DNA of 64,000 bases, taken from assembly GCA_964106645.2 (NCBI GenBank), contig OZ067040.1. One strand, given 5' to 3'. Positions 49,642-63,351 of this stretch are shown one piece after another. Positions within the stretch are counted from its first letter, which is position 1. Every line of letters starts with the position of its first letter. Source of the stretch: Podarcis pityusensis (Eukaryota). Under the pieces are notes generated by a model, which worked only from the letters and a program-made list of their open reading frames with translations, was not told the DNA's origin and did no database searches. The position numbers and the translations under genes are program-made.

Positions 49642-52600
49642 AGATAGTTATACCAGCTCATTAGCTCATATAGAATCCTTTTCCACATGCAGAATAAACT
49701 CAACCAGGAGAAACTTTTTAAATGTAGAAAAGGGTACATTCTACCTCCAAAACTTACTGAGTTTCCATTACTTGAATATTTTTAAGTTCTTCCATGCTAG
49801 AAAAACCAAAACAACACAATTCATTAAGCTTAGAGAAAGTGATTTCCCCAAAGTTGCAAAGCATGTTCCAAGACCAAGTGGGGATTTGAACTTCAGCGTC
49901 CCAAAATGCCTGGCCATCATACTAGCAACTGCACTACACTGGCTCTATCACAGGCTTGTCCGTAAATATTTACATACAGGCAGCAACCATTTTGGGCGCG
50001 TCCAATATGTGAGCAACCACACGCATCACGCTGAGCCTGGAAGTGACCCAAAAATGTCACCAAAAAGGGGTGGAACGGGGTGGCCTTACACAGGCCTTGC
50101 TGATGTATGCAAAAGCCTGGAGCGTAGCAAATCGGTCACTATCTGTATATGTTTGCTCATCTGTGTTATATATGCTGCTCCATCTAACTAGATGCTGGTT
50201 TTCTGAAGCAAATCATATATTAAAAACTACACTAGATATATTTGATTTGGGACTCTTTTACTTGTTATTTGTCGACAAAGGCACATCTGCCAAAATGCGC
50301 ACATGGGAAAGGGCAATATGATGCAATTACACCCATGCTGCATGGCTATGTGACATGTTCACATGCAATGTGCAAAGCAGCCCTTGTGCCTTGCTGCTGA
50401 GCCAAGCTCTGCCACTCAGAAACATTTAAGAGAAATCAGCATGCATACGTCTATTCTCTTTTCCCTTCCACATTTTAGGTGCCCTGAGATGGTGAATCAC
50501 TACAAGCCAGTCTTCTTGCTTGTTTCCTCAAAAGACACACAATAGTTGCAAAAATAGTTCATGCAAATGAAGCTCCTACAGCGTCAGCAGCCAGATGAGC
50601 GTGGGTGATCGGAGAAGACTCTGCAGTTGCAAAGAGCAAACTGTTTAAGGAGAGCAGTTGTCTTTTTTTGCCGGGTAGTGGGGGGGGGAGAGAGTTTGCC
50701 CTTGCTGTTCACTGTTATATTAAGCTTTGTTCTTCCTACCCCAAAAACCACCCATTTGCAATGCAATGATAAAGGACACCTGACAAGATCTGATCCTCCT
50801 TTCCTACTAACACAGGAAGCAGTGCTTTGCTGAGAACTGAAGGTACACTGGAGGTGTCATTAAAAAATAAAGGCAAGCATAAAATCTAAATATAACCAGG
50901 TCTACCCACTGGGTATGACTGTATTCATATTTTTAGCAAGTCTAACACTTGATGTTTTAGGTGGTGTTTTTTTTAACCTCACCTAAATGCAAAGCAGCAT
51001 CCTGGTTTTCAATATACTTGTCTGCTTGCTCAGTTACATTCTTATACATGGCAGTTTCTCTGTGGTGCTGCTAAGTACAGTGACACTGGTGTATCTAACA
51101 AGCATTGTTGAGATCTATGCTAACTAAAGCTCCTGCAATTGTCACTTTTCACTCTCTCTCTCTCTCTTTTGCAGGAGAAAAAGATAAACATCCACGTTAC
51201 TTCTAGATATCTCTAAAGAACCAGGGAACAGCTACTTATTACAAAATTCAGATAAGAAAGCTAACTGACCTAAGGAACAAAGGCTAACAAACATAAAAAT
51301 CTAGTGCCTTTTCAAAAACGAACACCTAACAAGTCCAACTGCAAATCATAAAGGTATCATATACTAGACGACAGCAGGCTACAAACCAAGAGAAGTATTG
51401 AGAAAATTCTACCTGAGCGGGCTGAAGCAGTCTGATGTATTTCCATCTCTGAAGCTAATGTGGTCTAGGCCCCGGGTAGTAAAAGGGTGAGAGACCTCTT
51501 GGGGACACCCTCTCATCACCCCACCCTGGCCTCCTCATAGAGAAGATCGAGTTGCAAATGCATCAATCAAATAAGGAACAAATGTTAAGTTCAGGTGGTT
51601 CAAGGCATGCCCCCACGCGACTGAGGGAGAGGAAGGAAGAATGTCACCAACCCATATGACTAGGTCTTTCCACTTCCACCTATGGCCTATAATTAGAACA
51701 GAGGTAGTCAACTTAGTTCAGTGAAGGGCCAGACTGCAGCGGAAGGAACTGTGAAGAGAGGCACAGATTTGTCATACTGCACATGTAGTAAGGTCACAGA
51801 AATTCACATAAAGATTTATTCTGAATGTGGGCACACTCATCTCCAAAGAAACTGTATTTAGTTTCCTTCTGCTGGCTCCAATCATCCAGAAGCGATATTA
51901 CTATATATGTCTCAAGAGAAGACCCCCTGGAAAATCCAGAGTGGTTCACAAATCTGAATCCCTTCCTCCCATGGCAGCAGGCAACTTTTCCCTAGTACCA
52001 AACATGTAGTTCCCCCTCTTCCCCAGGCGTAACATTTTTAGCACATGGTCTGTTTTCTGGGAGTGGAAACAGCTTATCGAACAGGTTTCCAATTGCCCTC
52101 ATTCATTTCCTTCTCCCACATCCACCAGCACCATCTTCTTGGACTGTCCTCTTCCTGCACCCTCTGCCTCCTCTCCCAGACCACATGATGCTACTTTCTA
52201 CCTGCTGCTTCCTGTACCTGGCAAGCCTCATGCTCTCTTCTGTCCTTAAATCCATAACATGTAGAGCCAAACACTAATCTATTCATGGCATTGTTACCAT
52301 CCTCCAGCTCTCTCTATTCCTCTGACAGGTCAGGCAATGTTTAGAGAGGGTATCCGGACTGTCAGATAAGGGCCGCAACCTCTTGCTTCATTCCCAATTC
52401 CCTTTCTCTAGGCCTCCCTTATTGCTGAGGATTTGTTCAGATGGAACCCTGTACATGGCTGAAGACTATGTGCAATCTAGCTTTGCTCTGAGCAATGAGG
52501 GTGTCATGGTGGTCATGAGAGAGAGCCTTTGTTGTGTGAGTAAGTGCTGATCCCAGCCCATGCCAATCACAAGTAGCATTGTGTGTAAATGGTTCCTAAC

Positions 52601-55500
52601 CCTCAAGCACAATTTGCACCATGATTTCTCCATTTCCTTAGAATTCCCAAGTTTTTAGCGAAAGCAGGAGCACTAGTAGGGCAGAGCTGCCCCATGACTT
52701 GGCTTTCATCTTGTGGCACGACACTCAATTAACTTGACACAGGACGCCTCCAGAATTTCCTCCACTTGAGCTTAACTTGACACATATCTTTCCTCAATGA
52801 CCCTAGTTACTTTGGGACTACTTAGGACTCTGCTATGGATCAATACCTCACCAGTGTTTTTTTAAAGGAATAATCTTTATATTTTAAAGCCATACTTTGG
52901 TGGGTTCACAAGGAACCCAGAGACCATCAGTGGTTGAAAGGGAGGAGTCACGCTGCAGTTGCACAACTAACCATATCAGGTAAACAATAATTTTACCAAC
53001 ATTTTGACAGGTGGAAAGATTATTTTAACAAGCTCCCTCTCTCTTGCCTTCATCTGCCCTAGCTGCAACAAAACATGTCTCTCCTACATTGGTCTCTACA
53101 GCCACAGCAAGTGCTGTAACTTTCCAACAGTCTGACTTCACCCCAAAAGACACACCCCTTTATTGTCTCTTGGGAAAGACAGATGCCAACAAAACTGCAA
53201 TCATGGTGTGGTTCCTGCTAGCTCTCCAAAGTAAGCAACTGATGCTGGTTTCCTTATTGGTCAGTGCCAAGTTCTCCCAAAACAAGCAAGGTATTAAAAG
53301 CCAATGCAATTCAGTCTATGTGTACACAAATGTCTTTAGTCAAGATCAAAAGAAGTGTACTGCTCATTGCAAAGTCTGCAGTGAATACATGGCCAGAACA
53401 GTTGTTCACATTCATGTGTGTACAGGCACACTAGCAGATCTTGTAACACCTACTAAACTTCTATAATTGCCCACGAGTTTAAAAAGCAGGCAGGATGGGC
53501 ATGTATATGCAAAAGGAAGATATACACCGCTACTAGATACATATGCATGTATGGCATTGCAGGCAGGCAAGATTATCGTGGTAGCAATTAATTATTTACA
53601 GCAGACGAAGCAGTTCCTGTTGAAGTGATGAGCTACGCACAGTGGGCTGAAGTTCTTTAAGTTCCTGATTGGTTAATATAATGCATAATGTATAACACAA
53701 TGCAATGAAGTAATGTGGTATGTAATTAGAGATGCCATAAAACTCTTGTCTCTTGGCTGGCCATAACTGTTTGCATCCTGCAAGCCAGGCACATAAATAT
53801 TTTGCCCAGTCTAGGACAGATATTTCATGGGATATGGTTTATTATTCAGAGGTGCTCTAACCCTTTCACTGATGTGTTTTCGAAGTATCCTTCCAGTCTT
53901 CTTTCGGCATATTTCATGACTAGCTGTCAGGAAGTGCCACAGCAATTTCTGCGACATAAAAGTTTATGTATAATTCCTCCCCTGCTTTTTTATGCCCCCA
54001 CCCACCAAAAATGAAAGTTTTATTGATAATGTACCCATTTACAAAGTGAGCACTTACAGTTTTGCAGATACCGCCCATGCATTCCAGACACCACCAGAAT
54101 CAAGGAAGGGTTTGAAAAGAAGCTGTAAGCCATGATACAGAACACTGGAGCCTGCGGAGATCTGCCCTACCCCCTCATTCGGCCTTCCTCAGAAGGAAAA
54201 CCAAAAAGAAAATACCAAATTTGCCAAAGACTGAAGAGTTATTTCCTCTTCCAGCCCTCCTCTCTTCCCATGTTGGGGCAGCAGCACTTACCTGACCACC
54301 TGTCACGTACTCACTGGGGAGTACCAGGAAGGAGAGGCGGCAGGAAGGTCAGCATGGTGCGAACACACTGGCAGAGCCAATCCAGGGCTCCTACTAGTGT
54401 GTTTGCACCACCAAGTCCTAGCCCCTCCCACTGTCACTCCCAGTGCACCACGGCATCATGGGTGGCTAAAGGTCAGATAAACGCTGTCAACCACTGTTGC
54501 ACCTATCTCTTCTCAATACCACAAAATGCCTCTTACGTTTCAACAGAGAAGACAGTGGCAAGATATTCCAGCTAATTATTGGACAATGGCAAAAGGTTCT
54601 GAAGACCCATAAATGGAGGAAATTGCATTATCATCATAGTGATTGCTACTGGTTTTTCAGGGATTAAATTATAGCGGTTTGGCACCCATACAAAGCTGCT
54701 AGCTAGACGGTGGAGATCAGGTGCCTGTGATCCCATTTTTCCCAGTTTTTTTTCCAGGGCCATCTCTAAAGATGCACATCTTCCTTGTGGTCAAATAGCA
54801 AGAATGTCACTCATCTCCCCAGAACTTGCTTATCTCCTGATGATCCCTCACAATTTCAAGCTCCGGAAGTCACTAAGGTAACTGCTGATCCTTGTTTGCC
54901 CAGATAAGACACCAGCCAACACAGCGGCATCCAGGTCTCTAGCGCCATCATGTGGCAACTCCCCAAAGGCCACACTACATTTATTTAAATGTAAGATTTC
55001 TTAACCTGCCCTTCACCACAAGGTACCAGGGCAGGTTACAATGCAATATGCAAGTTATAAAACAAGCAAAATAATTTTAAAACAAGTAAGACAGTAAAAA
55101 CAAACCAACCATAACTACAGAGATCCAACAAAAGCAGTGGGTCCCACAAAGCAAAATAGAACAAGTGTCAATGGCCAGGCTAAAGTTATGGCGTGGAAGA
55201 TCCAAACTAGATTGAAGAAAAAGTTCAGTCCTTCAATTGGCATCATTTCCCTAGTTAAAAACCAACACCCTTCCAAAGCTTGCCAACCATCTCCAAAGTA
55301 TCTGAAAGCACCAGATTTTATGGTTTGACAACTAGACCATATTTTACGTATTTATTCACATCTATAATTTTGTGGAATAAACCAGGTGTGGGTTTGTTGT
55401 TGTTGTTGTTTTAGCTTTGTTTTTTTGAAGTACAGTAGAGGGTTTAATTTAGCCTCCTAATGAACTGGTGCCCAGACCTGCCAGGCTTCAACCTATAACC

Positions 55501-56424
55501 TGCCAGACACGGCTATGTTCTCTACCTCCTGACCCACCCAGATCCACCTAGTGTCCACTCAAAACCCACCCCTGCATTTACCCACTGACCAGGTATTTTT
55601 AAAATCCCTGATCCGGCTAATTATCCAAGGCGAGTGCTGGTTGTTGTGTGGTGAGTCCCCCCCCCCCCGCCCCAGTGGAAATAAAGACACATGACACAAT
55701 TATTTAAGGTTAATGAGCTAAATATGGTCACAACTTTATTGGTTACAGGTAAGAGCGGTATTGGCATTGGTCCTAACAGACTATACGGTTTCAGCCCGTC
55801 CACTTGAAGTCCGGGAAGGGTTAACCACCAGTAGGGGGAGTCTTGCTGATGCACATCAACTAGGAACTCCCCAGGGGTCACTGCTCGGGGGCGTGCCTTA
55901 GGCCCTCACCTCCATAGGCTTCGGACAGGGCCATGCCCCACAGAATCCTTTATCGGACTACCCTTCAATATGCGGGGGAGGTGATGGCGCTTCCTCCCCC
56001 CTTCCATCTACATACCAATACCAATACCAATACCAATGCCTAACCGCCAATACCAAGGAAGTTGTGACAATTTGCTACGAGGTAGGCAAAAAACCAAGTG
56101 GTGCCGATTTGCCAAGTGGAAAAAAATCCTACCAGGCCCCTTAACGGCGATCAACCAAGGTCCATAGCAAGGTCAAAGACGGAAACCTTAAAAGGTGGGA
56201 GGGTGGGAAACCTTAGCAGCTGGAGGCGGCAAAAGAGGGAGATCCCCGGCCGCGCCTGCACTAAATAGGGCAGGCCCTGCCCCCCGAGCCAGCCGATTGG
56301 CTGTCCAGGGGATGATGGGGCCAGGGATTCCCTCAATCACGCGGAGGCTGAGAGCCAGCCACTGCGCACGTGGTGGGGGCATGCAGCCCGCAACACCACC
56401 TCCTCTTAAGGCGGAAGTGGCTCT
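55501..56424 (-). mobile_element. CpG-rich LTR-like insertion, possibly a solo terminal repeat of a DIRS/Ngaro-type retroelement
   Basis: Abrupt GC/CpG rise. Minus-strand order: ccacttccgcc start, CCAAT (56296-56300), TATTTA (56262-56267), AATAAA (55735-55740). No TG...CA ends or TSD seen; boundaries approximate. Confidence 0.5.
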
Positions 56425-56674
56425 ATCAATATATCGTCCAAAACCAGTTTTAAGTCTATATCGTGATATCAGTTTCATAATTTTTGGCCTGGCAATATAT
56501 CGTGAATCATGGGGTGTGTTTGTTATGCAAAAAACCATGACACGGGGAAAACCGTGAAGCCAGCCAGTGCCTCTACATAACTCCATCCTTATTACAGACA
56601 TCATGATATATCGGTATATCACAATGTTTAGCTGGTGATATATCGCAATGTTGAGAACCAGATATTGTCCAGCC
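56424..56674. mobile_element. One arm of a hAT-like MITE with ATATCG subterminal repeats
   Basis: Repeated atatcg / gatatatcg motifs ending in gatattgtccagccc (TIR of the gggctggacrata type). Confidence 0.5.
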
Positions 56675-57574
56675 CCAGACCTGAGACAGAGAAAGTACTT
56701 TCCCATTCCTTGGATGCCTGCCCTTTATAACTAGAAATGCCCAATGCTGAACCTGGGATCTTCATCATCCAAAGATTGTGCTCCATCTCACCTCCCTCCC
56801 CAAAAGAGAGGACAGCCCTGCTCTCCACCTAGGTAGCATTTAAATGTTTATGTGTTTGACTGACACATTGGATAAGAAGCTTTATCCGTAATGCACAGAA
56901 ATATATGTGGATGATTTCACCCAGGAAAGCAGTTCAAACATGGGAAGCACGGTGCCACAGGCACTGTTTGTCCTGGAGAATGACGTACATCTCCATTGTT
57001 TAAGGAAAGGGCAGGGCCAATCAGGTGCCTTGTATTATTAAGATTGTGTTCCCTCATTTGCTCATTACGTAGGCTATTCTCTGCCTACGTATTTCACCAG
57101 GCTAAATAGATGCACTTACATTGCAAAGGCACACTGACCTTGAAAAAGGCTCCCCAGTCACAAAAACAAAATAAAAATAAAAAGGGGTATAGAAAAGAAC
57201 CATATCAAACCAAGTCAGTTTAACTGGGATTCTCTGGCTAAAATAGAAGAAATATGAGATACGTGCCTGACAGAAGCAATAATTATAATGCATTATTAAC
57301 AAAGCTCTGGTTTCATCATTAACAGTGCTCATGTTTCCACAAAAGATCACACTTTAACCATGCCCAAACCTGCACTGAAGGCAGTCCTCACTGAACATCA
57401 AAATTATATATATTTCAAGAGCTGGAAGCACCAAGCTGATGACTAGCAGGACAAAGGTTCTCAGTAAAACAGCCATTATTTATTTATTTGGGAAGCTTTC
57501 TGCACTCAACATCCAGTTTTCGTAGCAAATATTTATTCAAATCACCCTATGAGCATGGTTAAAATAATACACAT

Positions 57575-57808
57575 ATTTTATATTTAAATTTTGTTTTCTA
57601 TCCCACCTTCCCTCCAAGGAGTTGAGGGGGGCATACATGGTTTCCCTCCCCTCCCCATTTTATCCTCACAACAACCCTGTGAGGGAGGTCAGGGCTAAGA
57701 GACAGTGGCTGGCCCAAGGGCACCCAGTGAGATTCATAGCAGAGCGGGGATAAGAACCCCGGTCTCCCAGGCCCTAGTCTGACCCTCTAACCACTACACC
57801 ACCACTGG
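57575..57808 (-). mobile_element. Squam3-type SINE
   Basis: Reverse complement reads ccagtggtggtgtagtggttagagggtcagactaggg...ggttcttatcccc; homologous to 44321-44543. Confidence 0.85.
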
Positions 57809-59437
57809 ATCTTAAATGAATAAAATAATAAATACATGGTAGAACTTAACAGTACACACACTGAACTTAATGAAAATGACTAAGTTAGGCACCTTAATTC
57901 CCATAGTTCTACTCTGAGTACAACATAGTTGAATACCACTCAATCTTTGGAGCAGAAACCTATATTCTCTCTCTCTGGATGGATGGATTGATGTAGTGTC
58001 ACACAGACCAAAGATGCTGAATAAAGAACCTCCCCATTTAAACAAAAAACACAAATATTTAAGCTCTTCTTCTGCCCTCTGAAAAACCTATTTGCTCTCC
58101 CACATTCAACGTTTGTCGTCGCATACTCCTTTGCCCATTCCTGCATGCAATCTGTTAGCCCTTTGCCTATCGAACATGTGAAATAAGTGGCTAATGGGAG
58201 CAGCAGTGGTATTCTATAACCCTACTTGTGGCGCGTGTCAGAAACTTCAGTTAAGATGATCAACTCCAGCAGGGGAAATTTATAATCCCATTTAGAGATG
58301 AAAAACTAAGGTGGAGTGTCACCTGCTTCGGACTTTACAAAAGCTTGCCATTCAGCAGAGAACTGAATGCAGCCCCTTCACGTTTAATTTCTACACGCTC
58401 TTTAGCAGATCGCACTGATTCAAATTGCACATTGATGAGGTCTCATTAATTTGGCTCTTTGTGAGCAATGAAAGGACGCATAAATACAACACAAGGTGCA
58501 GCTGGCTCTCCGCGGAGCCGTTAGCAGACTTCTCCAAGCCACAGGCGAGAGCAATTTTTCATGCGTGTCTAGATGGGTGGGTGGAAATCATGACCTTAAC
58601 CACACACGAATTGCTCTGGTCACACAACGTGACCAGAGGTAAATTCTCAACATCCGTCTAGCTGTAGCCTGCCTCAAATTTGCATGTGATCAGGACTCAT
58701 GCACATAAGTAGCATTACTGACATCACATCACAGTGGAAAGGGCCGGGGGCTACTTCCTAGCACTGAGTTCATTTTATACAATCCTCTGTTGGGTCTGGC
58801 AGGTGAGTGACTCAAACTATAACCCTCTTACTCAAACATCCCTCCAACTCATTCCATAGTTTCTCGTGGACAAAGCTCTGTGCCCTCCCTCATCTGCCAA
58901 CTGGCCTGGTTTGGGCATGAGGTGGGGACAAGGTTGGAAGGCAGGATAAATGTAAAAGGAAACAAGAGCTGAATTCAGAGAGTCTGAGAAACGCTATCTA
59001 GACAAGCACCTTATATCTTTTGGCTAAACAAGGACAAAGCTTTCTATTCCTTGATTTAAATATTGCTATTAGCTTTCTACAAATAATTTGCTATGGCCTA
59101 TCTAAAATGTAACATAATATACATGCTGTTGCATCCGTACATATGTCAGTGGAAACAGAAGGAACATCTGAAACCGGCAACAAAACAAAAAAAAGCCACT
59201 AAAACTTTCCATTTTGCAACCATATTATCAGCTTTAGCAGAAGACGGATCCTTTATGTAATGATTGTGCTTTCTCTCTTTTTGGGATGGTGGAGGGGTGT
59301 GTGTGTGTGTGAAATTAGAATTCATCCATAGCTAACTCAATTGGCAGAATAAACAGATTATGTTGCAATCCATGCACAAGTGACTTACGCTCGACTGCTT
59401 TTGGGACCGCCACGGAAAATGCTTCGGAAACTACAAC

Positions 59438-59695
59438 AGAAGAAGAAGAAGAAGAGTTTGGATTTGATATCCCGCCTTTCACTCCCTTTTTAAGGAGTCT
59501 CAAAGCGGCTAACATTCTCCTTTCCCTTCCTCCCCCACCACAAACACTCTGTGAGGTGAGTGGGGCTGAGAGACTTCAAAGAAGTGTGACTGGCCCAAGG
59601 TCACCCAGCGGCTGCATGTGGAGGAGCGGAGCTGCAAACCCGGTTCCCGAGATTACAAGGCTACCGCTCTTAACCACTACACCACACTGGCTCTC
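59438..59695 (-). mobile_element. Squam3-type SINE, younger subfamily with (CTT)n tail
   Basis: gagagccagtgtggtgtagtggttaagagcgg...ccgggtttgcagctcc...gggtgaccttgggccagtcac...ggcgggatatcaaatccaaact(ctt)n; CpGs retained. Confidence 0.88.
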
Positions 59696-62596
59696 CAGGT
59701 GCACAATGTGACTGCCCACCTACTGGCTGGAGTGGGGCAGCCAAAACAGGCGAGTGGATACAGCTGGGGTGTGGTGCACAGCCTGCCTGAGTATATAAGA
59801 ACAGGCACCAATGCGGATGGCAGGGTCAACCTGTGGCAGCGTTGTCCCCAAAGGGAGAGACACCAAATGCGATTTCCCTCTCCCCTTTGGGTCTACACTT
59901 CAGTAAGTTTCCGGTGTGCCCACCCTGCCTGTCAGGATATGAAATTGTAGGCTTTGCACTGTGGGCAATAAGCCTGTGACCTTTAACCCAGGGTGAGAGC
60001 CTGAGAGATGGGATGTTTGGGTTGGTGATGTTCCCCCTGAGTGAGAGGCAGAGAGAAGTGTTGCAATGGCACTATTGTCTTCTGCCTGGCAATGTGAGGT
60101 ACATAATACAGCTTATTATCTGTGACCCTATTTGCCCAGCTGCATATAGTCATGGTGGTGCTAGGATTTGTCTTGCTGGGCAGGTAGCAGGCAGTTGCAA
60201 AGGTGCTGCCCCCGTTTCAGTGGTGGTGGGCAAGAAAGGTAAAGTCTGAATCCAGGGGCTGGCTACAATCTGAGGCCCGGGGCGGGAGTCTTGTTAGAAT
60301 AAAGTTATAAACTCAAACGACAGAGCTGCTGGTCCCTGGAATGGCCCCTGGGCTGAATTAGCTCCCTGAGGCCCTGGAGAAGTCTACCCAGCTGCCCCCA
60401 CTACACAGGCCTGCCTAAATGTCCCTTCAACTCTCCCGTGTCCTCAGAAGTTGCAGGTAGTTTATCTACTGCGTGTGAATGTGCACAAATTATATAATTT
60501 CAAGTATGCCACGTATTTGGGTCTCCGTTCCATGAGAACTATCTGCACTAGCTTAGATCAGCAACATTTTATACATCCTCATTTATATTTGGTCTTAACT
60601 TGAAAAAGCTAAAGCCATCAGTAAATATCAGGACAGGAAGGCTTTGAACTCTTCCCTCCTACATGCAGTCATTGCACAGCTGCTTGCAGGTTACCGTTGA
60701 CAATTTCCTGTGTAGGGCAAACTGCATGCCACCTCCCCTGCAGAAATAAAAGACCCAACTTGTTCTTAACTGCTGATGGAAACACTGTCATATTTTCCAC
60801 GAGTCGAGCTTGGAACCATTACTGAACTAACATTCTCACATTTTTCCATATTTTGCAAAAAAAAACTTCAGTAAACAGCTGCAACCAGAAACAACCAAGG
60901 GTTCCTGTCCCTGTTCTTTCACTGCACAATGTGGATATTTTTTTTTTCCATATTGGAAGCCCAGTTCTGATGAATACAAAAATCTGAACAGGACCCAACT
61001 GTCCAGGTTTAGCTGTGCAGACACTTTTACGAGCTGCACAATGACTTGTACAGTTTGGAACGGCATGCTTCTAGGAAAAGATTGCTTCCTGTAGATTGCT
61101 CAGCTGTGTCTTTTTTGGATGAAATTCAATGAAGTTCATGACTTGCAGTCAAGTTATGTTTGCCAGTCAAACTGCTAAAACTGAATGCACACAGAAAAAC
61201 AAACACACATACACACCAGGGTTTGCTGCCTTATTTATTGCCTCCCTCGAAATACCCTCTCTCTCTCTCATTCAGCTATACCATGTGGCCAAGATGGCCA
61301 CTCAGTGCATTGCATGGCTTTTTGGCAAAAACAAGTGGAACAGTATACCTCATCAGCCCATGTATGCTTGTTCCACTGATGCTTAGTTCAAAACAGCACA
61401 CCACCATCTGGCGAAAGCTGCTAACATGGATCCGAGTTTGCTTGCCAGCTCGGAACATATTCAGCCTCTGAACTAGATGGCAAAGTACCAATGGATCAAA
61501 ACGAAGACACGATACAGGACACAGGATTGTCACCGTGCAATGAACTCTGAGACTGCAAATGTTAGCGAGGCAAGCATGCACCTAAAAGTATAAAGTGAGT
61601 TAGCTCCCAGTAGAGAGCGTTCGGTAATGATATCATTTGAAATATGACTTACAGGGTAGCAACAATCATCATATGCTGCTGCTGCTGCACTCGTGATTCA
61701 GAGCAGGAGGACAGAAGGGCTCTCACTCTGGAATTTGTCCCAAGAACAGTCACTCCTGTTACTTGACTTAAATCTTGTGGTCTGTAATTCAAAGTATTGT
61801 ATTGCCAAGACGTTTAGCAGTGGGAACGCTGCGGCAGCAGGGGTTCCACAGAACAATAATAATTCAGTCCCCACCCAGGGAGCTTGCAATCTACATTAGA
61901 CAGATATGACTAGGGCAAAGGCCGGGGAATCAACAATGAGGAGTGAGAAAAGGAGTGTCAGATAGCAAGGGAAGGGCAGGTGAGGTGAGGCCATTACAGT
62001 TCAGGAAAGGCCTTTGGCATGCTTGGACCAGCTGTTCTCTCCCTGGGCTGCGTTCCAGGGACAGCCGCTGCAATCAACACTGCATTCTAGAAGAAATTGC
62101 TGGTTGGGGCTCCACTTCTAGGTTCAGATGTTGACTCTGTAGCTCTGTTAAAGAGATACTGGGTAAGCTGACAGTGTTGGCTCTCACAACATTGAACAGC
62201 AGGCTCAAGGTGCACACGTTTAGCAAGATACCCTCTTCGGAAGTCCGTCACCCAAGCCTCCTGGTTCAAACAGCAAACTGAGCAATGCTCCCCTGCAAGT
62301 GAATCTGCTGGCCGGGGCAGAGTGGGTCTACTCTTACGTTGTAAAGATGAAACCCTCACTCACACCCCTGACACACTCATATGCAGGTCAGCCTCTGACT
62401 GGATTCAAGGGCATTGCATCTCAAAATCTTGCCAAGAATAAGATTCAAACACTTATGGTTCTTTCAGGAGAGAATGTTAGCTATTTCTAGAGACAGAAGT
62501 GCTTCTAGATATTGGGATCAGAAGCTCACTTAGTGATCAGACTGTGCCTAGTGATCACAGTGACTTTTCTCAGTAGGTTTGCCCCAATGAGACAGT

Positions 62597-63041
62597 TGTC
62601 AGGACTGAAGTTCCCTGCTTTCCACCACTTTCTAAGGCTCCTACTCCCTCAGGTCCTTCCCCAGCAACCTGAGACTCCGTTGTCTAGTGTCTCTTTGCTC
62701 CACCCTCTTCATACCTCTTTGGGTTCTGGGAGACCAGGGAGGAGAGCTAGTCATTGCAGGAGGTGGGGACTCCCTGGATTCTTCAGCAGCCTGCCTCCAC
62801 TCTGCTTCTGCCTCAGAGTCTGAATTGCTCTCTGCCACAGCCTCTTCCTGTTCACTATACCATTACCTCTTCAGCTTCTGACATCTCCTCCTACCAGTCG
62901 GTACCCTCTTCTCCCTCTGATCACTCATCGCTGTCCCACTACCAATCCCCCAGCTCTGAGCTTTCTTCCCTTGGGGGTTTGCTTGGGGGTTCCCCAGCTG
63001 ATGCCTCCCACCACTCCTCTGCATCCAGCCAGTCCATGACA
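62597..63041. mobile_element. Solo-LTR-like element (Gypsy-type), 445 bp
   Basis: TG...CA ends with inverted termini tgtcaggactg / cagtccatgaca; flanks gacagt / aacaat may be a decayed TSD; strong purine/pyrimidine strand skew. Confidence 0.55.
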
Positions 63042-63089
63042 AACAATCATTCAACATAAACCAAAGGAGCCAGGACCCTTCTGATACAT

Positions 63090-63226
63090 CAGTGGTGGCC
63101 AAACTTGGCCCTCCAGCTATTTTTGGACTACAACTCCCATCATCCCTAGCTAACAGGGCCAGTCGTCAGGGATGATGGGAATTGTAGTCCCAAAACAGCT
63201 GGGGGGGCCAAGTTTGGCCACCACTG
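63090..63226. mobile_element. Near-perfect palindromic hAT MITE, 137 bp
   Basis: cagtggtggccaaacttggccc ... gggccaagtttggccaccactg; 8-bp flanks tgatacat / cgatgcat (6 of 8). Confidence 0.88.
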
Positions 63227-63318
63227 CGATGCATATTATTTAATACTTATTATTAAAGACTGAAAATAAAGCTGTGACGGGAACCATCACAACCAATCAA
63301 AACAAACAAGCCGGAACG

Positions 63319-63319
<1 letters not shown>

Positions 63320-63349
<30 letters not shown>
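63320..63349. repeat. (CA)n microsatellite
   Basis: About 15 units. Confidence 0.97.

Positions 63350-63351
<2 letters not shown>

Noticed and set aside
44321-59695. tRNA-like box A/B sequences (also gatagctcagtggcag near 49164)
   Set aside because: SINE heads or fragments; no complete cloverleaf.
62512-63102. Ser-rich or Glu-rich ORFs resembling a low-complexity protein
   Set aside because: They fall inside a TG...CA-bounded LTR-like repeat with strand skew; no supporting splice structure.
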